A stretch of DNA of 63,823 bases, the filler included, from Choristocarpus tenellus KU-1152 (Eukaryota; Protista; Phaeophyceae): assembly GCA_964200185.2 (NCBI GenBank). It is 16 parts of 16 records of this genome, joined end to end, with 100 filler letters (N's around TTAATTAATTAA, not from the genome) between each part and the next. Parts side by side here need not be neighbours in the genome. Positions count along the whole stretch, not along the records: positions 36,643 to 45,695 come from CAXNAD020004040.1; positions 45,796 to 49,000 come from CAXNAD020021559.1; positions 49,101 to 51,776 come from CAXNAD020025728.1; 13 more parts are not named here. One strand, given 5' to 3'. Every line of letters starts with the position of its first letter. Position 1 is the stretch's first letter. Made by a program: the position numbers and the translations under genes. Below the pieces are notes generated by a model. It worked only from the letters and a program-made list of their open reading frames with translations. It searched no databases and was not told the DNA's origin. Below, piece by piece: positions 37,301 through 51,159 of this stretch.

Positions 37301-40300
37301 ATTTGTGGTATGCACAACACTCTGAACCACATTGTAAGGATTAGCATCGCTCACGCATCCAAAAATCCAATCAACTGTTTGTTATGGTACATTGTCACAT
37401 CATTATGTGCGTCTCCTAAGGAACGGCACAATCCAGATATTGTTTAGAAATGAATATTACCCCAATGTTTTTCTGCACATCACTGTATTTACGATCCTCT
37501 CTACCACACAACCACATAACCACAAACAGACACAAAATCTCACAAGCCAGGAATTATTTCTACCTGCAAAGACCAATGTAGGCCGGCTCCAGCTGGATGA
37601 ATGGTTTGCTTAGGTAGACATCCACAGGCCCCCCACTGCCCAGTAGGGCCACCAATGTGCATTCACCACTATCATACACCACCATCAACTCGCCCCTATA
37701 GCTGTTGTTGGAACACAAAGGATTGGAGATTGTCATGGATGGAGAAGGGACCCAGCAGCAGAAGACTCAATTTACTTAGAAATAACAAAATACGTTGGGG
37801 TGTTAAGGAAATGTGCCAATGCTAAAAAGGGAGCACAAGTGCTATTAATATCTCTGTATGACTTTTGGTGGGTTCAAGTACAATTTGTAGGATGAAGTAG
37901 AAAATAGGAACGTGTTCTGATGCAATCAGAAAGGTGACTCACAGATGAGTCAGTGGCAAAACAAGAAGTATCAACCTCTGCAGCTTGCTGACAGAGAAAG
38001 CATGAAGTACAGGGTAACAACTTAGAAGTAGCAGTTATCAATGAGAGAAAAACCCAGTATAGAGCGATGAGCTTGACTTGATTCTTGATGGACTAGGAGA
38101 GCAGGAAAAAAAGAAGACCATGGTTGTTGCAAAACCTCTCGACAATCTGCCTATTTGGTATGCCCTCCGCATAAATTACCTCAGTGATCGTTCAGGACGG
38201 AAGCTGACCTCTACCAGTGCACTTTGTCCCACCTGCACCAGAATATTAGCTGGACTCACGCCAAATGCAGGATCTGAGCAGTTCATAGTTACATTTGCTG
38301 TTTTTGTGCCCATATTTCGTACAACCAACGTCTTAGAGCTTCTTGCCTTGACTGCAGTAAGAGGCAGCAGAATCTATCCGAGGGAGGGGAGTGGGGGTGA
38401 CTTCATAAGAAAGCTTCCTAGAGGGCAGTGCCATTGGTGTTAAAGGGTCTCTGCAATGGTTTTGTTATTTCACATCTTTTTGTACCTACATCCTCCAATT
38501 CAATGAAAAAACATCTATCCACAGTATTTTTCTTCTACGTCCACAGGTTCCTGATGGGGGTTACCCGGATCTTGGCCATGAAATGGGAATGCCAGGCATC
38601 ACATTCATATGCTCCTCACCCTTACAAACGAAATTACCAAATCCACTTTTCTCTATGATAGTTCAGATCCTTAGCACTACTTTGTGACTCAACACATCTT
38701 CAATATTTCCACACCTCCAAAAGCAAGAGTTTTTTGCCGAAGAGGAGTCTATCAGAATTATAGTAGCATTCAAGCTCAAAGTAGACCAATCACCTTGGAC
38801 CCACCTCAAGCCCCTAGTACGAGTTAGATTATTAACATGGCTACCAAAGAGTACTCAAGTGTAGTGAAATAGTCCAACATTCCACATGCCAAACCACTCT
38901 CAAGCTGACTCAGCAATATGTTGGTTGGAAGCATTTACTCAATAGAAAACGTTTGAATCCCAAAGCTCACGAGTTGTGAATGTTTTCAAATCATCTTTCA
39001 CTGCCCATCTGCTTCTGTGGAACATGCACAAAGTCAACTATGAATTTTGGTAATGGTCCACAATCCTTCATTGGCGTGTAAAATACCTTTGTCCAAAAAC
39101 ATTGCAGAAACATCTTGTCGCTACAACCCATCAGCTAAAAGTCGTAAAACCCAGCTTGACTAGATATTGCTCATTCTCCACTTTTGTCTAGTATATATTT
39201 CTTATCTTCCACAACACTTTTCCATTTCACAAAATGCCGTAACTTTTGTTGAGTAATCCATCATGAATTGGCTTATGGATTGATTCATTGGAGATCGAAA
39301 TATTGACTATGCACCTTGAGCTCTAGATCAATATCTGATCGCCTAACTCACTCCGGTTGCATTGATTGGTTCATTGCAAGCACCATGAATTTTCACTAAT
39401 ATTTATTGCTCATGCTTGATTACTTTGGTATTGATTGAGAGTTGAATCTTGGCAGGGCGGTCATTCAGCTATTCTACATGCAATGAAAAGGTACATGTTC
39501 CACTCTATAAATTCGCCCAATAGATTTATAGGCTTAAGAAAATCATGTCACTTAAGGAGAAGTCTATCCTTCCATCTTCTAATACAGTGGGCCCCGTTTC
39601 ATGTGGGAATTCAGGAAATAGTAGATTTACCCCTGGGCAGTTCATACTCTTGTGGTGCCCCATACAAATTGGGGAGGGGTTTTTTTGTCACAGCACGTTA
39701 TCCTCTTTGCACATATGCCTGTGGTAGGACCTATGTGATGAGTCAACGCTTGTTCAGCATCTATATATTCAATGAGTTGCAATACCAATTGATTCATGCA
39801 TGTATTTGTCAGCATTTTGGAGCAAGTCGGTTGCTGGATAGTGTTATGTAGTATTAACTCAGTATTGATCACGATGTATGCATTTTGTACTCACAAAAGC
39901 ACAAAGTCGGCATCTTGTTTGAAGAATGTTTGGCACAAGACAGTATGTAAGAGAGTAATGTAATCAACAGAAATAGAGTGACCATTACATTTGTAATTCT
40001 CAAGCAAGGCCCACTACCTGCTTCGATATGTTTTTTACCAAACTGTTGCACACAGTGCCATGAATAAGCAGTGAGCCAAACCAATTGAGAGGTGGGCAAG
40101 TTTGGATCCTTTTGCTTTCTAAGCCATCTTTCTTATCCTGTGCAATAAACTCTATTTCATTGCCTTATGTGCACCATAGTGTACACAATATTGATATTCT
40201 CATTTCCATACACAAAGGGACACCACAATTAATCTTTCTGCAATTGTACAAAAGAACAACTTCTTCCCCTTTCTCGGAGTCCTTAAGTTACAACCCACCC

Positions 40301-40559
40301 TGCCTACCCCCAAACGTGGTTGGGCTCACTGATTTATAGCTGTCTGCATCCAAAAAAAATTGCAGTATATTTGCAATTGACAAAACGACAAGCCCTTTTT
40401 TCGAAATGCCGTGATGATGCAGGCAAAATTTCTAATCTCTGCTCGATCTTGTTGTCCGTTTTTCATCAGCAGTAAAGCATAAGGGATATACTTCCCAAAA
40501 AAAAATCAACCTTCAGGAGGAATCCACAAAAGTCAAGGTGATACTTTACTCAAAGCTTT

Positions 40560-41073
40560 GAGTCAAAGTAAACGAGAGGTACCCAGTGTTCCATTTTTTG
40601 GATGCTGGCAAATAGGTGCAAATCTCAGGCTTTTAATAAAAATGTGTATAGGTGTTTTCTGAATTGTGTCAAAAGGTTTCAAACAATAGAGAATCAACCC
40701 TCTCAAGTTGAACTTAACACTTCACTCGTAGAAATATAGGTGAACTGCATAAGATCGAAAATCTGACTTATATTTCAAAACAGCCAAAAACTGGGTGTTG
40801 AGCCAAAGTATCTTAGAGGGAAGAGCCGTGTCCATTTGGGAGTCAAAATCCAATATTGCGATTTTGATGTAATTTTGGCTATCGTGTTTGTTAGGAAGTG
40901 TCAATACCTATGTCTTGGACACACCCTTTGATAATGTATACATTTTACTTCCTCCTAAACATTTTGGAGCAGGAAAATGTCACAAAAAAAAACATGGGAA
41001 GCCAAGCCCCAAATGGACAAACAAGGCAAAACTCGTACCCTCTAAGATACTTTCACTCTGTTTACTTTGACTC
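40560..41073 (+). mobile_element. MITE family C with a nested family A copy
   Basis: GAGTCAAAGTAAACGAGAGGTACCCAG...GTTTACTTTGACTC. Confidence 0.88.
40800..41058 (+). mobile_element. MITE family A (TSD TGTT) nested in the right TIR of a family C MITE
   Basis: TIRs at both ends and TGTT on both sides; the host TIR resumes as TACTTTGACTC at 41063-41073. Confidence 0.95.
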
Positions 41074-41458
41074 CTTCTAGCTCATCAGTTGCACCGGGCA
41101 TGCAGCTTTGTGCTGAGATCCAACCAATAATTTTTTTTTGATTAACCAATGCTTTGTTGATTTGAATCTTGAGCCTCATAACCGACCAATTCGCAACTCT
41201 AACTGTATATGACTTGATCCATGGCATGTTGCATTACATCCATTGATTGCATTCAATGCAAATCTTAATATAGATTGGCATCATCAGCTGGCTGATCCAC
41301 AAATTAACAAATATTGCCTCATGGCACTACTTCAGGTCAACAATTTAATTGTACAGCCATTGCAAGTGTTGGAGGAATGTTGATACAAAAAGCTCTTACA
41401 CACTTGAAGGTTCTTGACAAACATACTAGCTGCATAATGTCAGTTCTAGAAGGAGAGT

Positions 41459-41670
41459 ATGCAAGTGCACCTTGTCTGGGAAGTCCAGTGCAGTTCGGTG
41501 TCCAGCTGCGACAATAGGGACGATGAATTTTTCTCTTTCTGTCACCACCACCAGATCTGTACTGTAAGCTCGCACCTCTTGGGACTTGAATGTCACAAGA
41601 AAGCACACTTCCATCCCTGGAGCCACCTTTGTTTACCATGGACAGAAAGAGGCGGGGTAGAGATATTTTA
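41459..41670 (+). mobile_element. Possible further mariner N-terminal fragment
   Basis: Patchy nucleotide similarity to 18610-18660 and 19400-19440 (...RGGVEIF vs ...KGGSEIF). Confidence 0.35.
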
Positions 41671-41999
41671 ATGGACCATGCATGTGAGAGATGCAAAGAA
41701 TTGGGGTAGTAGGGAGATTGTTGAATGGAAGTATGCTATAGGCTCGATGTAATTTGTGTACAATGTTATTGGAGAGGATTTTTTCTTGTTGTAACATGCC
41801 CTCCCCCCATCAATATTATTTCTGTTCATCGTAGCATTATTCATGATTGCTGGCAGCGAGTACAAGGGACAAATGGACTATTGGCGAAAAGGTTGAGTGT
41901 GTCCAGGGTGCGTGAATCTGTCACTCAGACTCAAGAGTTTTGTAGGATTGTAGGTTTATAGTCAGAACTTTAGGGAGAATTTGTAGCAAAGCTTTGGGT

Positions 42000-43580
42000 A
42001 TGTGAGAATTTGAGTTTGAAGTAGTCAAGGGTTGATGGACAGGATATGGTTTGAGGTGATGGTATGAACTTCGTTGGCTCCAACCCTTGTGATGTTCTAC
42101 AACAATGCCAAGTCAGCTTGTCCTCATCAAGTGCCACATATTTTTCCAACTAAAGATGAACCTATACCCTACCATAGTATCAAACATAACAGAGTGTCTT
42201 TTCGGCCTAATTATGATTGTGTTTGACAAAACATGGCATGGATGTGAAAGATACTGAAACAAGATAATGTCTTCCCACCTATACTACGACTGATTGTTTC
42301 CAGCAAATAAATCACCCTTGATAGTATGCTTCCAGAATGTGTACAATACGACAAAGTAACAAAGAATTCCTGTTCCTGCACCTGATCAGTTCAGACAAAG
42401 AGATACACCCAATGTTTCCCACTCTTGCCCCTCAACCCCTTGCCATTTTGCTCATTGTCAACTTATTCCTATATCTATATGCAGCCTATAGAATCTCCGC
42501 TTGTCCAATCCAGCACCTTGCTCTGCTTAAGCTCCCTCAAGTTGTTTGTACTTCGAGGTCCAGAAATTGCAAAATGCGGACTGTCAAGTGGCACCACCTT
42601 GATGCGTCGATTCACCGAATCGTTATTTCGGAAATACAACACCTACTTACAGCAGTGTGATGTCAGCGAGGTTAGGAGTGAATCTTCATAATGATAGAGA
42701 TGAGAGGGTTGAAGTTGATGCTACCGTGTGGGAATTGGGGTAGGTGCTGAACTATGGAAGCTACAATTAGTAGAAATAGTCAAACGCAGAATAGGAAGTT
42801 AGAGAGGATGCGAGATAGAGGACCAACTACTTTGAGATAGATATATCCATTGATCTTGAGGATTTTGTGAACAAACATGCAGGGGTCAGCTTTCAGTTTC
42901 CATGTCTCTCTCATGTTCATGGAATTGAATTACTGCCTAATCCTATACCATATATGAAAAAATGCTGTAATCCCAACCCACTCACGTTCTCGTGCTCACT
43001 GAACGGTTGATACCCCTCAAAGACGACCATCGATGGGTATGGTTGGAAGAGTGGTTGGTTAAGGCTGACAGTACTTTTAACTGCCATCGTGTTATCTTCT
43101 AGGTTCAGAAACTCAACGATACGTGGAGTTACGCAAGGTTCTGGTTTCCTGTTGGTCAATCTCCCACCATTCACGACATCTAGCACGAGGTCTGATGGGC
43201 GCATCTTTTTTTCCTGCTGCCCCAGCATTGCCTTCCTCTTTGATGAGGGCTTGTGATACTTCATGTGAACTGGTACCAAGGAAGCTGGAATCCTTCTCCC
43301 CCTCTTCGTCCCTACTTTCTGCTCTACATTTCCTCCTTCGTTTTTGCTCAGGGTTCCTCGGTGATCTAGATCATGGGCCCCATTTGGAATCACCAATATC
43401 TCGATCTCCTCCTGATTGCGGGACATTTCCTCACTATGGTCCCCTGAGTCCTGCTCGGGTCTGTTCAAGACGCGAACCTCTAGCTCCCTCGAAGATTAAA
43501 CTGAGAAAAGCGTATGGAACAGTGTGTCTTCGTCGCTACGCATTAGCAAGAAGAGGAGATCTGGCTATAGAATGTGAGTA
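42000..43580 (-). mobile_element. Degenerate Copia-like gag/integrase relic
   Basis: A gag-like ORF at 43468-42917 and an EQNG integrase-like motif near 42450; many stops. Confidence 0.4.
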
Positions 43581-44899
43581 ACGGTATAGACAATTCAGAT
43601 TTCAGGACATACATGCCTTCTTCTTAGACAAACTCCCAAACAGGGTTGTACATGATTACAATACCCAGACCATAAAAATAATGATGATAATAATAACATA
43701 TTGTAACACCATTATTCAGAACCCGAAATTGTTAGTGATATTATTCTTATTGAAGGTATGTTAGACTGTTGGAAACAGGCGGACAGGATCTTCAGACTGA
43801 AAGAGAGCAGGAAGATCTACAGGAGGAAGGGAAAGAAGAGAGAGAAGGCAGGAGGGTGGGCAACCCTCACAGGGTCACCCAGGGAATGATTGAACAGGAA
43901 AGTGAACGAGGAGGGGTTGTAAGCTCCACTCAAACCATCCGATATTGACTTCATCAAGAAGCAAATGCTGATGTCAAATGAGGCAACAGAGTTGTATCTT
44001 CAAGGAAGGACACTTTAAATGAATATATTGGTCGGAAGGTGGCCATCACACCACCCCCGCCCCTATATGGGCTGATGTGTATATCGGGACAACACAGGTT
44101 TCAATGGGAAATGCAAGAAGTGTGTGTGCAGAAAGAAGCTGGCATGAGCATTGAAAGAAAGAAATAGTCTCTCAGCAAGGGAATACGGTCAGTCAGGCTG
44201 GACAGTTGTGTACAGAATAATATCTGCATGGAATGCAAGATGCAGAGCAAAAAAAATTGAGTGGGGGCCCTCACAATTTAGTAACAAGACGGATTTGGTG
44301 GCAACTAAATCTATGCCACTTCATCTTGATCAGGGGTGAGGCAATAAAAAGTATCTGAACACACGGAAATATCACGATTTCAATGTATCAGACATGACCA
44401 GGTCTGGTCAAGTCTTCAACATGAAAGGGCATGGGCAAGGACTAACTAGCCAAGCTTGATCTCTGTTAAACTCCATCAACAAGATTCATGGGCAAAAGCA
44501 TCCTTCTCCAATGAGGAGGGTGCCACATAGGGAGTGCAGAAATCGTTATCAAATTACAGCTGTTTAGCTGCAGCACCGAATTTAATGTATGTATGCATAT
44601 ATAGAATTGAACAGCATAGCATACAAATATTCCAGTTTCAGCAAGGGCTAAAGATTGTTTGAAATGAAAAAAATAAATAAATTGAACCTTCTTGAAAGGA
44701 AAAAATGAACCTTCGTTCATTATGAAATGTAACATTACTTTTGCAGCCCTAATTGATGAAGAAGCAAGATATATTTCATATGCTCATCTTTAGGGTGTAT
44801 TTTGCAGACACTAAAATGTTGCCCACGAAAATCTCAAGCAAAATGGGGCAGCTAACACCTATCCATGAATCCACCCCTGAAGCCCTCCAAAACTCTATC

Positions 44900-45678
44900 C
44901 AAGCACGGAATTTTGCTGCATCCACCGGGGCATTCAGGGGGAGCTTGCCCATCTTCTCAGCATTTTCCTTGCTAAGATAGGGAATTTTGAAGACGCTGTC
45001 ACCCTTGGACCCAGTACTTCACCATAGACTGCAAAGAGGCTCTGCTGGATGTTCTATAGTGTCTCCCAGCGGTACACATTGAACGCCTCCATTGTGGCCT
45101 CCACCAACTCCTCTGTGTTGGTCACCCCCACGTCTCCCTTCAGTTGCTGAATGGAATGAAAGAATCCTAGGACTTTGACTTTGACGTCAGGTGAGCTGGG
45201 TGGCTGGGTCTCTATGACAATGTTGTCCGTCACCTCCTCGATTGCCTCCATGATCCCCCCCTTGGTGTGTGACTTTGCCCCATCCTGTTTCACGAATATT
45301 ATGTGCCCTTATGGTCTAGGCATGCAGACCTTGATTGCCAGGATGACATACTCGATCATGAGCTTCTTATACTTTCCCCATACACCTTTGCTGGCACAAG
45401 CAAAACATTGGTGCCCTTGGGGCGGTGCTTGCTGGAGTGCTGAGCGAGCGACCTTAGTGTCCACGATTCACCAGATCCCGATTTCCCATCGAATCACACG
45501 CTCTTAGAGAGCTTCCTAGGGCGGGCCAAGGTACAAGGAACATCACCTTCGTAATGTAATGCTTATTCTGTGCCCATGGGTTTAGGCGGGTCCTCAGTGA
45601 GGTGCAGATACGCACTTTGCCCATCTTTGAGGATGTATGAACTCTAAACACCGACATGCACCCAGTCATATTGATCAT
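44900..45678 (-). mobile_element. Second degenerate copy of the same mariner transposase (catalytic half)
   Basis: Motifs QNKHYITKVMFL, KQDGAKSH, QPPSSPDVKVKVLGFFHSIQQLK. Collinear with 19450-20440 but lacking the MITE at 19772. Confidence 0.85.
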
Positions 45679-45974
45679 CCCTAACCCTAACACCCNNNNN
45701 NNNNNNNNNNNNNNNNNNNNNNNNNNNNNNNNNNNNNNNTTAATTAATTAANNNNNNNNNNNNNNNNNNNNNNNNNNNNNNNNNNNNNNNNNNNNTCTGT
45801 GTGTCTGCGGGTGCGTTGGGGGGTGGGGTGGTGGGGGGGGGATGGCTGTCTGCTTGTACTCATGACCTCTTCTTTTTTTTTTGAAAAGGCTCTTTTTTGC
45901 TATCCCTAACCCTAACCCTAGTATGTGTCAAGTGTGAAGCACCATGTCCAAGGATGTAACTAGAGGCAACGCTG

Positions 45975-46215
45975 TACTCCTCTTTGTGATACTGTATGTA
46001 GTATTTTTGTAGGTACTTCAAAAAGTATGTGTTTCTGTATGTAGTATTTCTGTACTTTGTGATACTGTATGCATTCTTCCTGTAGGTACTTTAAAAAAAG
46101 TATGTATTTCTGTATGTAGTATTTCTGTACTTTGTGATACTGTGTGTAGTACTCCTCTAGGTACTTTATAAACAGTATATATTTTTGTATGTACTATGAA
46201 TACTGTGTATGCATC
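45975..46215. repeat. Degenerate minisatellite (~74-bp higher-order unit of TGTATGTAGTA-type subunits)
   Basis: TTTGTGATACTGT and GTAGGTACTT recur about three times. Confidence 0.75.
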
Positions 46216-46544
46216 ACTATCATACCCCCTAGGTACTACCCCTGCGTGTAATTTTGTGTTACATGCCGTCGAGAGTAGTAGTACTCTTGAGTGTACTTGT
46301 GTATTAAGTGATGTGTTCTTCGAGCCCTTCCTGCCTCCCTAACCCTATCTTTGGCTTACTATCGACGATACTATTTATTAGTGTTGTTACTTTCCTGCCT
46401 AAAAAAAATCGAAAAGTTAAGAGCCAACAATTGTCTTCAGCAGGGAGTGTTTAACTCTTCCGAGTGCGCTGAGGCTGTATTCCTTTGATTATTTGGTTAT
46501 GATATCCTCGCCCCTAATCTCCTCCATTCCTTCTCCTCTTACAC

Positions 46545-46597
<53 letters not shown>

Positions 46598-46626
46598 TCT
46601 TCATTGATGCTGTCAACCATGGACAG

Positions 46627-47651
46627 TTCTTCCTCAACGCCATGATCGTGAGCCTGCTGGGTGGACTCATCATGAACCTGAGTGGCCTGGTACCCGTCAT
46701 AGTCACGTTTATCATGGGCAAGGTGAGAATGCTCTCACCGTGAGCGAGAGCTCCTTTTTCTATTTTGTTTTTTATTTTATTTATAGCCGGTTCTTTTTAG
46801 TTTTTATTTCTAGAACTTCTGTGAACGTGGAGGCATGCAGGTGAGTGAATTGTCCCGATGCAGGAGCGTAACGTGCTTAGGAATAGGAATTTGTATTTCA
46901 AACTCAATAAATTGATATCTCAATGCTGTTTGCTACAACTTTCAGAAAATTATTGTTCTAATATTTTCTTCTTCAGGAATGATTATAGTTGAGTGAGAAT
47001 TCGTTGTAATAGCAAGCATCGTTAGTCTACACAGGTAGGTTAGGTAGGTTAGGTAGGTTCATTCATGTATATGCTCTTTTTCAGTACTGCTTTCGTGAGA
47101 AAAGAAACAGTGGTATTACTTAGGGAGTTTTTTGTTTCTTTGAAGGCGTGTATAAAGAAAGGTTCATTGCGATTGGGTTGAAGGGAGCACCTCTGTCTTT
47201 TGAGATACTTCGTCTCCACCTCACTGCTCGAACACCAACATTAACATCAATATTAACACCAACAAGGTGATAGGATTGTAACATTATTTCATGACAATAC
47301 TGTAGCTTTGAAGTGTATCAGACAGCACATGTGGCAATCTTCCTTCCCTCTTTTCTGACCACTTATGATGATCGTCATAACTAACAATCATAAATTGCAA
47401 TCATAAATGACAATCATCATAAATGGTCAGAAAATATATCTGTACATTTTACTTTCTAACTGATATAACATGCACATATATGCCTCTATGCATCTATATA
47501 TCTAAATATCCTTTTGGGGATTTTATGTGTTTATGTGTTTATGTGTATGTGTGTTATGGCAGATTACCAAGGAGGCAGCCAAGACTGACCGAGACCTTAG
47601 AGCAGCAAGGAAACCAGGCTCTCTCAAGTGGGGCCTCCTTTACCCCCCAAT
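46627..47651 (+). CDS. Two internal exons (46627-46722, 47563-47651) of an OSCA/TMEM63/CSC1-type mechanosensitive channel
   Basis: AG/GT-bounded exons join in phase 0 to give FFLNAMIVSLLGGLIMNLSGLVPVIVTFIMGK|ITKEAAKTDRDLRAARKPGSLKWGLLYPP. This resembles the OSCA RSN1_7TM segment (FF..Y....G....L.PLI...KT.RD...A..PG....P). These exons are not in the ORF track. Confidence 0.75.
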
Positions 47652-48058
47652 GTGAATGAAGGCGTTTGTTTCCTACATAGTAGTAGTAGTAGTAGTAGTA
47701 GTAGTATAGTAATAATAATAATAATAATAATAATGTAAAAGGTGGATGTCCTCCTCTGCCTGCTGCCAAGATTGAAAGATACTTTTTTTTAATGACTGTG
47801 ACAAGAAGAATGTGGATGATAAGAAGATGAATGACTGTGACAAGAATACATGTGTGACAAACTGAGTAGTTGATTTAATGATTTAATAATTTAATGATTT
47901 AATAATCAAAGACCTAATTGATGCGTGGAACGTTTTTTGAGGTTTTCGGACAGAGGATGCAGCATGCACCACTGGTAAAATAGAAATAAAAATAGAAAAA
48001 AACCATCTGAAGAGGCCCCTAATTTTTCAGTTTCAATTAATCTTTACGTTATTAATCG

Positions 48059-48080
48059 TTAGGGTTAGGGTTAGGGTTAG
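48059..48080 (+). repeat. Interstitial telomeric repeat (TTAGGG)3+
   Basis: TTAGGGTTAGGGTTAGGGTTAG; shorter arrays occur elsewhere in the window. Confidence 0.85.
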
Positions 48081-50189
48081 TGATACTGAAGGTGAAGGAG
48101 GTGAACATATTTGTGTGTATATATGTATGTATGTATATATGTATTATGTATGTAGCAGTGGGTAGATGATCCCAAGGTGTATACTTTTTTTCTGTAGCTA
48201 TCTTTAGGGCATCAATCATCTTTCACCTTTCCCTCTCATTCATTAAATCTAAAAAATCTTTCTTTATTTTTTAAAGCTTTCAGTGTGCGTGTGTGTTTTT
48301 TGGGGGGTTTTTACCTCACTGTGCTGTGAGTGATCATCTCCCCCTTTCTCTCCCCTTCCCTTCCACTGATATCTTTGTCACACCTAACACACTTCTAATA
48401 CACTTCTAATACACTTCTAACACACACTGTGGGTTCATCTTGCTATCGGTGCTAACTAACAGAGAGGGTGAAACAGTTCCAGACTTTTATTATTATTATT
48501 ATTATTATTATTATAAAAAATGGTGGTGAAAGGTACCGAGTGCATCAAACAAAAACAAAAAAATTATATCCCTGATGATGGATGAAATCGACTCCCCCCC
48601 CCTGCATGTGTCTGTCTGTAGGTGTCGCTATTGTTCCAAATCTGTTTCTTATTTTATTTTTTTTCCCTGAAAATTGTGCCTCTCGGAACCGTTAATTAAT
48701 AAAATAAATAAATCAGAAATTGCTGCACATGTCGCGATCGTGTGGTAGTTTAAAAAAATCCAATATATCTCTATATCTCTCTATATGTATGTAAATATAA
48801 ATAAAAGTATTTGTCTGCAGTAGTGACTGCAAGCTATTGAGGTATCCATCGAGGGATAACCATTTAAAAAAATATATATATTATTTGACTCTCAAAAAAA
48901 AAAATTGCGTCCAAGATCCACAAGCGGCACCACATCCCACATACCTCCCCCCCCCCCCCCCCCCCCCGTCCTCCCTTCCCTCTTTTCCCCCTTCTTTCTT
49001 NNNNNNNNNNNNNNNNNNNNNNNNNNNNNNNNNNNNNNNNNNNNTTAATTAATTAANNNNNNNNNNNNNNNNNNNNNNNNNNNNNNNNNNNNNNNNNNNN
49101 GAAACGGACGCCCCCTCACAAACCACCCCACCCCCCCAGATACTTTGACCCTGACCTTATTAACCAAACATGTAGTAGTGTAACAGTATGGTCTGTGCGT
49201 AACTTCGCCCCTCAAAGTGTTTGAACAGGGTATTCTATGCCTAAAGAACACATCGTAGGACAGAGGACTGCCATACAACATGATAAAGAAAATGCACTTT
49301 GACGCAACCATTTCAAAATGTTCGACAAAATAATTGAACTACAGACAGGTAAAAGGGAAAGGGAGAATAAAGGCAGTTACGAATATCCACATCTTCGCAT
49401 CTAGTGATAGTAGGTACTAATATTATCTTTCCCCCCATCTAGGTGGCTAGTATGGGGATGGTGGGAGAAAAATCACATTTAGTGGTGGCGACATGAAGGA
49501 AGATCGACCACCTCATGGTCCATTATTTATGATATCAATGCTGCCGTCTTTTTCCAGATAGTATAATGTGTCAGGGACAGGTTCCTTTTTTGGGATCTCC
49601 CACACACACACTTGTGCATAATAAGACGCGCGGTCATATACAATTGCGCGCGCCAACCACGTCAATTGAGTTCACCCATACCGACCAGTCCAATAAACCA
49701 ACCACACCCATAAGATCCGGATTTGAACAAACAGCCAAAATGGACTGTCAGAACGAAGGGACATTCCGATTCTGACCGATCCATTTCTTTGTTGTGAGTT
49801 TGCTCATTCATTCTGGAAAATCTGTTGTGTTGAGGTTTTTATTCTGTTCTGGATTTACTCATCTGTTCTGAGATGTTGAGCCAAGACCTTTGAAACTCGA
49901 TCTCACCCTCTGAGGTGGAAGAGTTCACTCCGGTGATTGTGATTGCCCTCTTGAGCAGAGAACTTGGCACCTTTGACACTTCCACAAATGCATCTATGTC
50001 AAATTACCAACATATTTCTGCCAAGATATTTTCTCTTCCGTCTGGGAGCGAGGTGAGGTCTAAAGGGACTAATATATTATCACATTATCATCTGGAGGTA
50101 GAAGTACGGCATGTGTGTTAAACAAGAACCAAAAGAGTGTCTAGTACAAAATAGTCATAATACGTAACAACTCACAAACATGACTATTA

Positions 50190-50452
50190 GAGTTGAAGTA
50201 TCTTAGAGGGTACGACGAGTTTGCCCTGCTAGTCTTTTTGGGGCTTGGCTTCCCACAGGATTTTTTTGACATTTTCCTACTCCGGAATATTTCGGAGCAG
50301 GTAAAATGTGTAGGTTATGAAGAGGTGTGTCCAGAACAAGTATATTGACACTTCCTAACAAAGACGATAGCCAAAATTGGATCAAAATAGCAACATTTGA
50401 TTTTGGTCTTAATATAGTGGACACGGCTCTACCCTCTAAGATACTTTGACTC
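50190..50452 (-). mobile_element. MITE family A (TSD TTA)
   Basis: TIRs at both ends and TTA duplication. Confidence 0.93.
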
Positions 50453-51159
50453 TTAATCGAATGATACCATTATTCCTAGTTCATCTCTACTTCTACAAAT
50501 CTTCGAATATTTACGTTTTTTTACACCTTTCATTTACATAAATTATTCCTACTATATAAGAGAGGGTAGGAATGAGCGAAAAAACCCTCACTTATATCCC
50601 GATCCACTCTTATTGTATAAAAGAGCGCTTTCCTCTTAAATAGAGGGATCGTGATAAGAGAAACCTATGTTATATCAGGAACAGTCTTAGTACGTACGCA
50701 CTTTATACTCTTCTCCGAAGGACGACAGAGTGACGTCCTTGCTGTATGTGCTTTCCATCTGCCTTCAAGTGTAGCTACATATAGGTATGTATTGAACATT
50801 GCCCTCGGTGAGACCATTTCGATGGAGCTGTGGTGGTGCAGCAAGCACCACATCTATACTACCCCTGCACAGTATACTAGTAGTCATATGTATACAATAC
50901 TGTAACTTCGGTAAACTACACTCATTACGATGTATTCACTCGTATATATAGTACACCTTCCAAAAAAACATCCGCAAGCCGTTGGATGGCTGGACAGGCG
51001 ACTCGCAGTTCAACTCAAATCAACGTTCAAAGTCAATCTCCCTCCTATGCCCTGCCCTACGTTTCCAATTGCACTCTACAAGGATATTATAGAGTACAGT
51101 ATCAAAAACGCCACCGTGAATCAATTGCAGGTGCACCGCCATGCATCCCCCATCGCACG

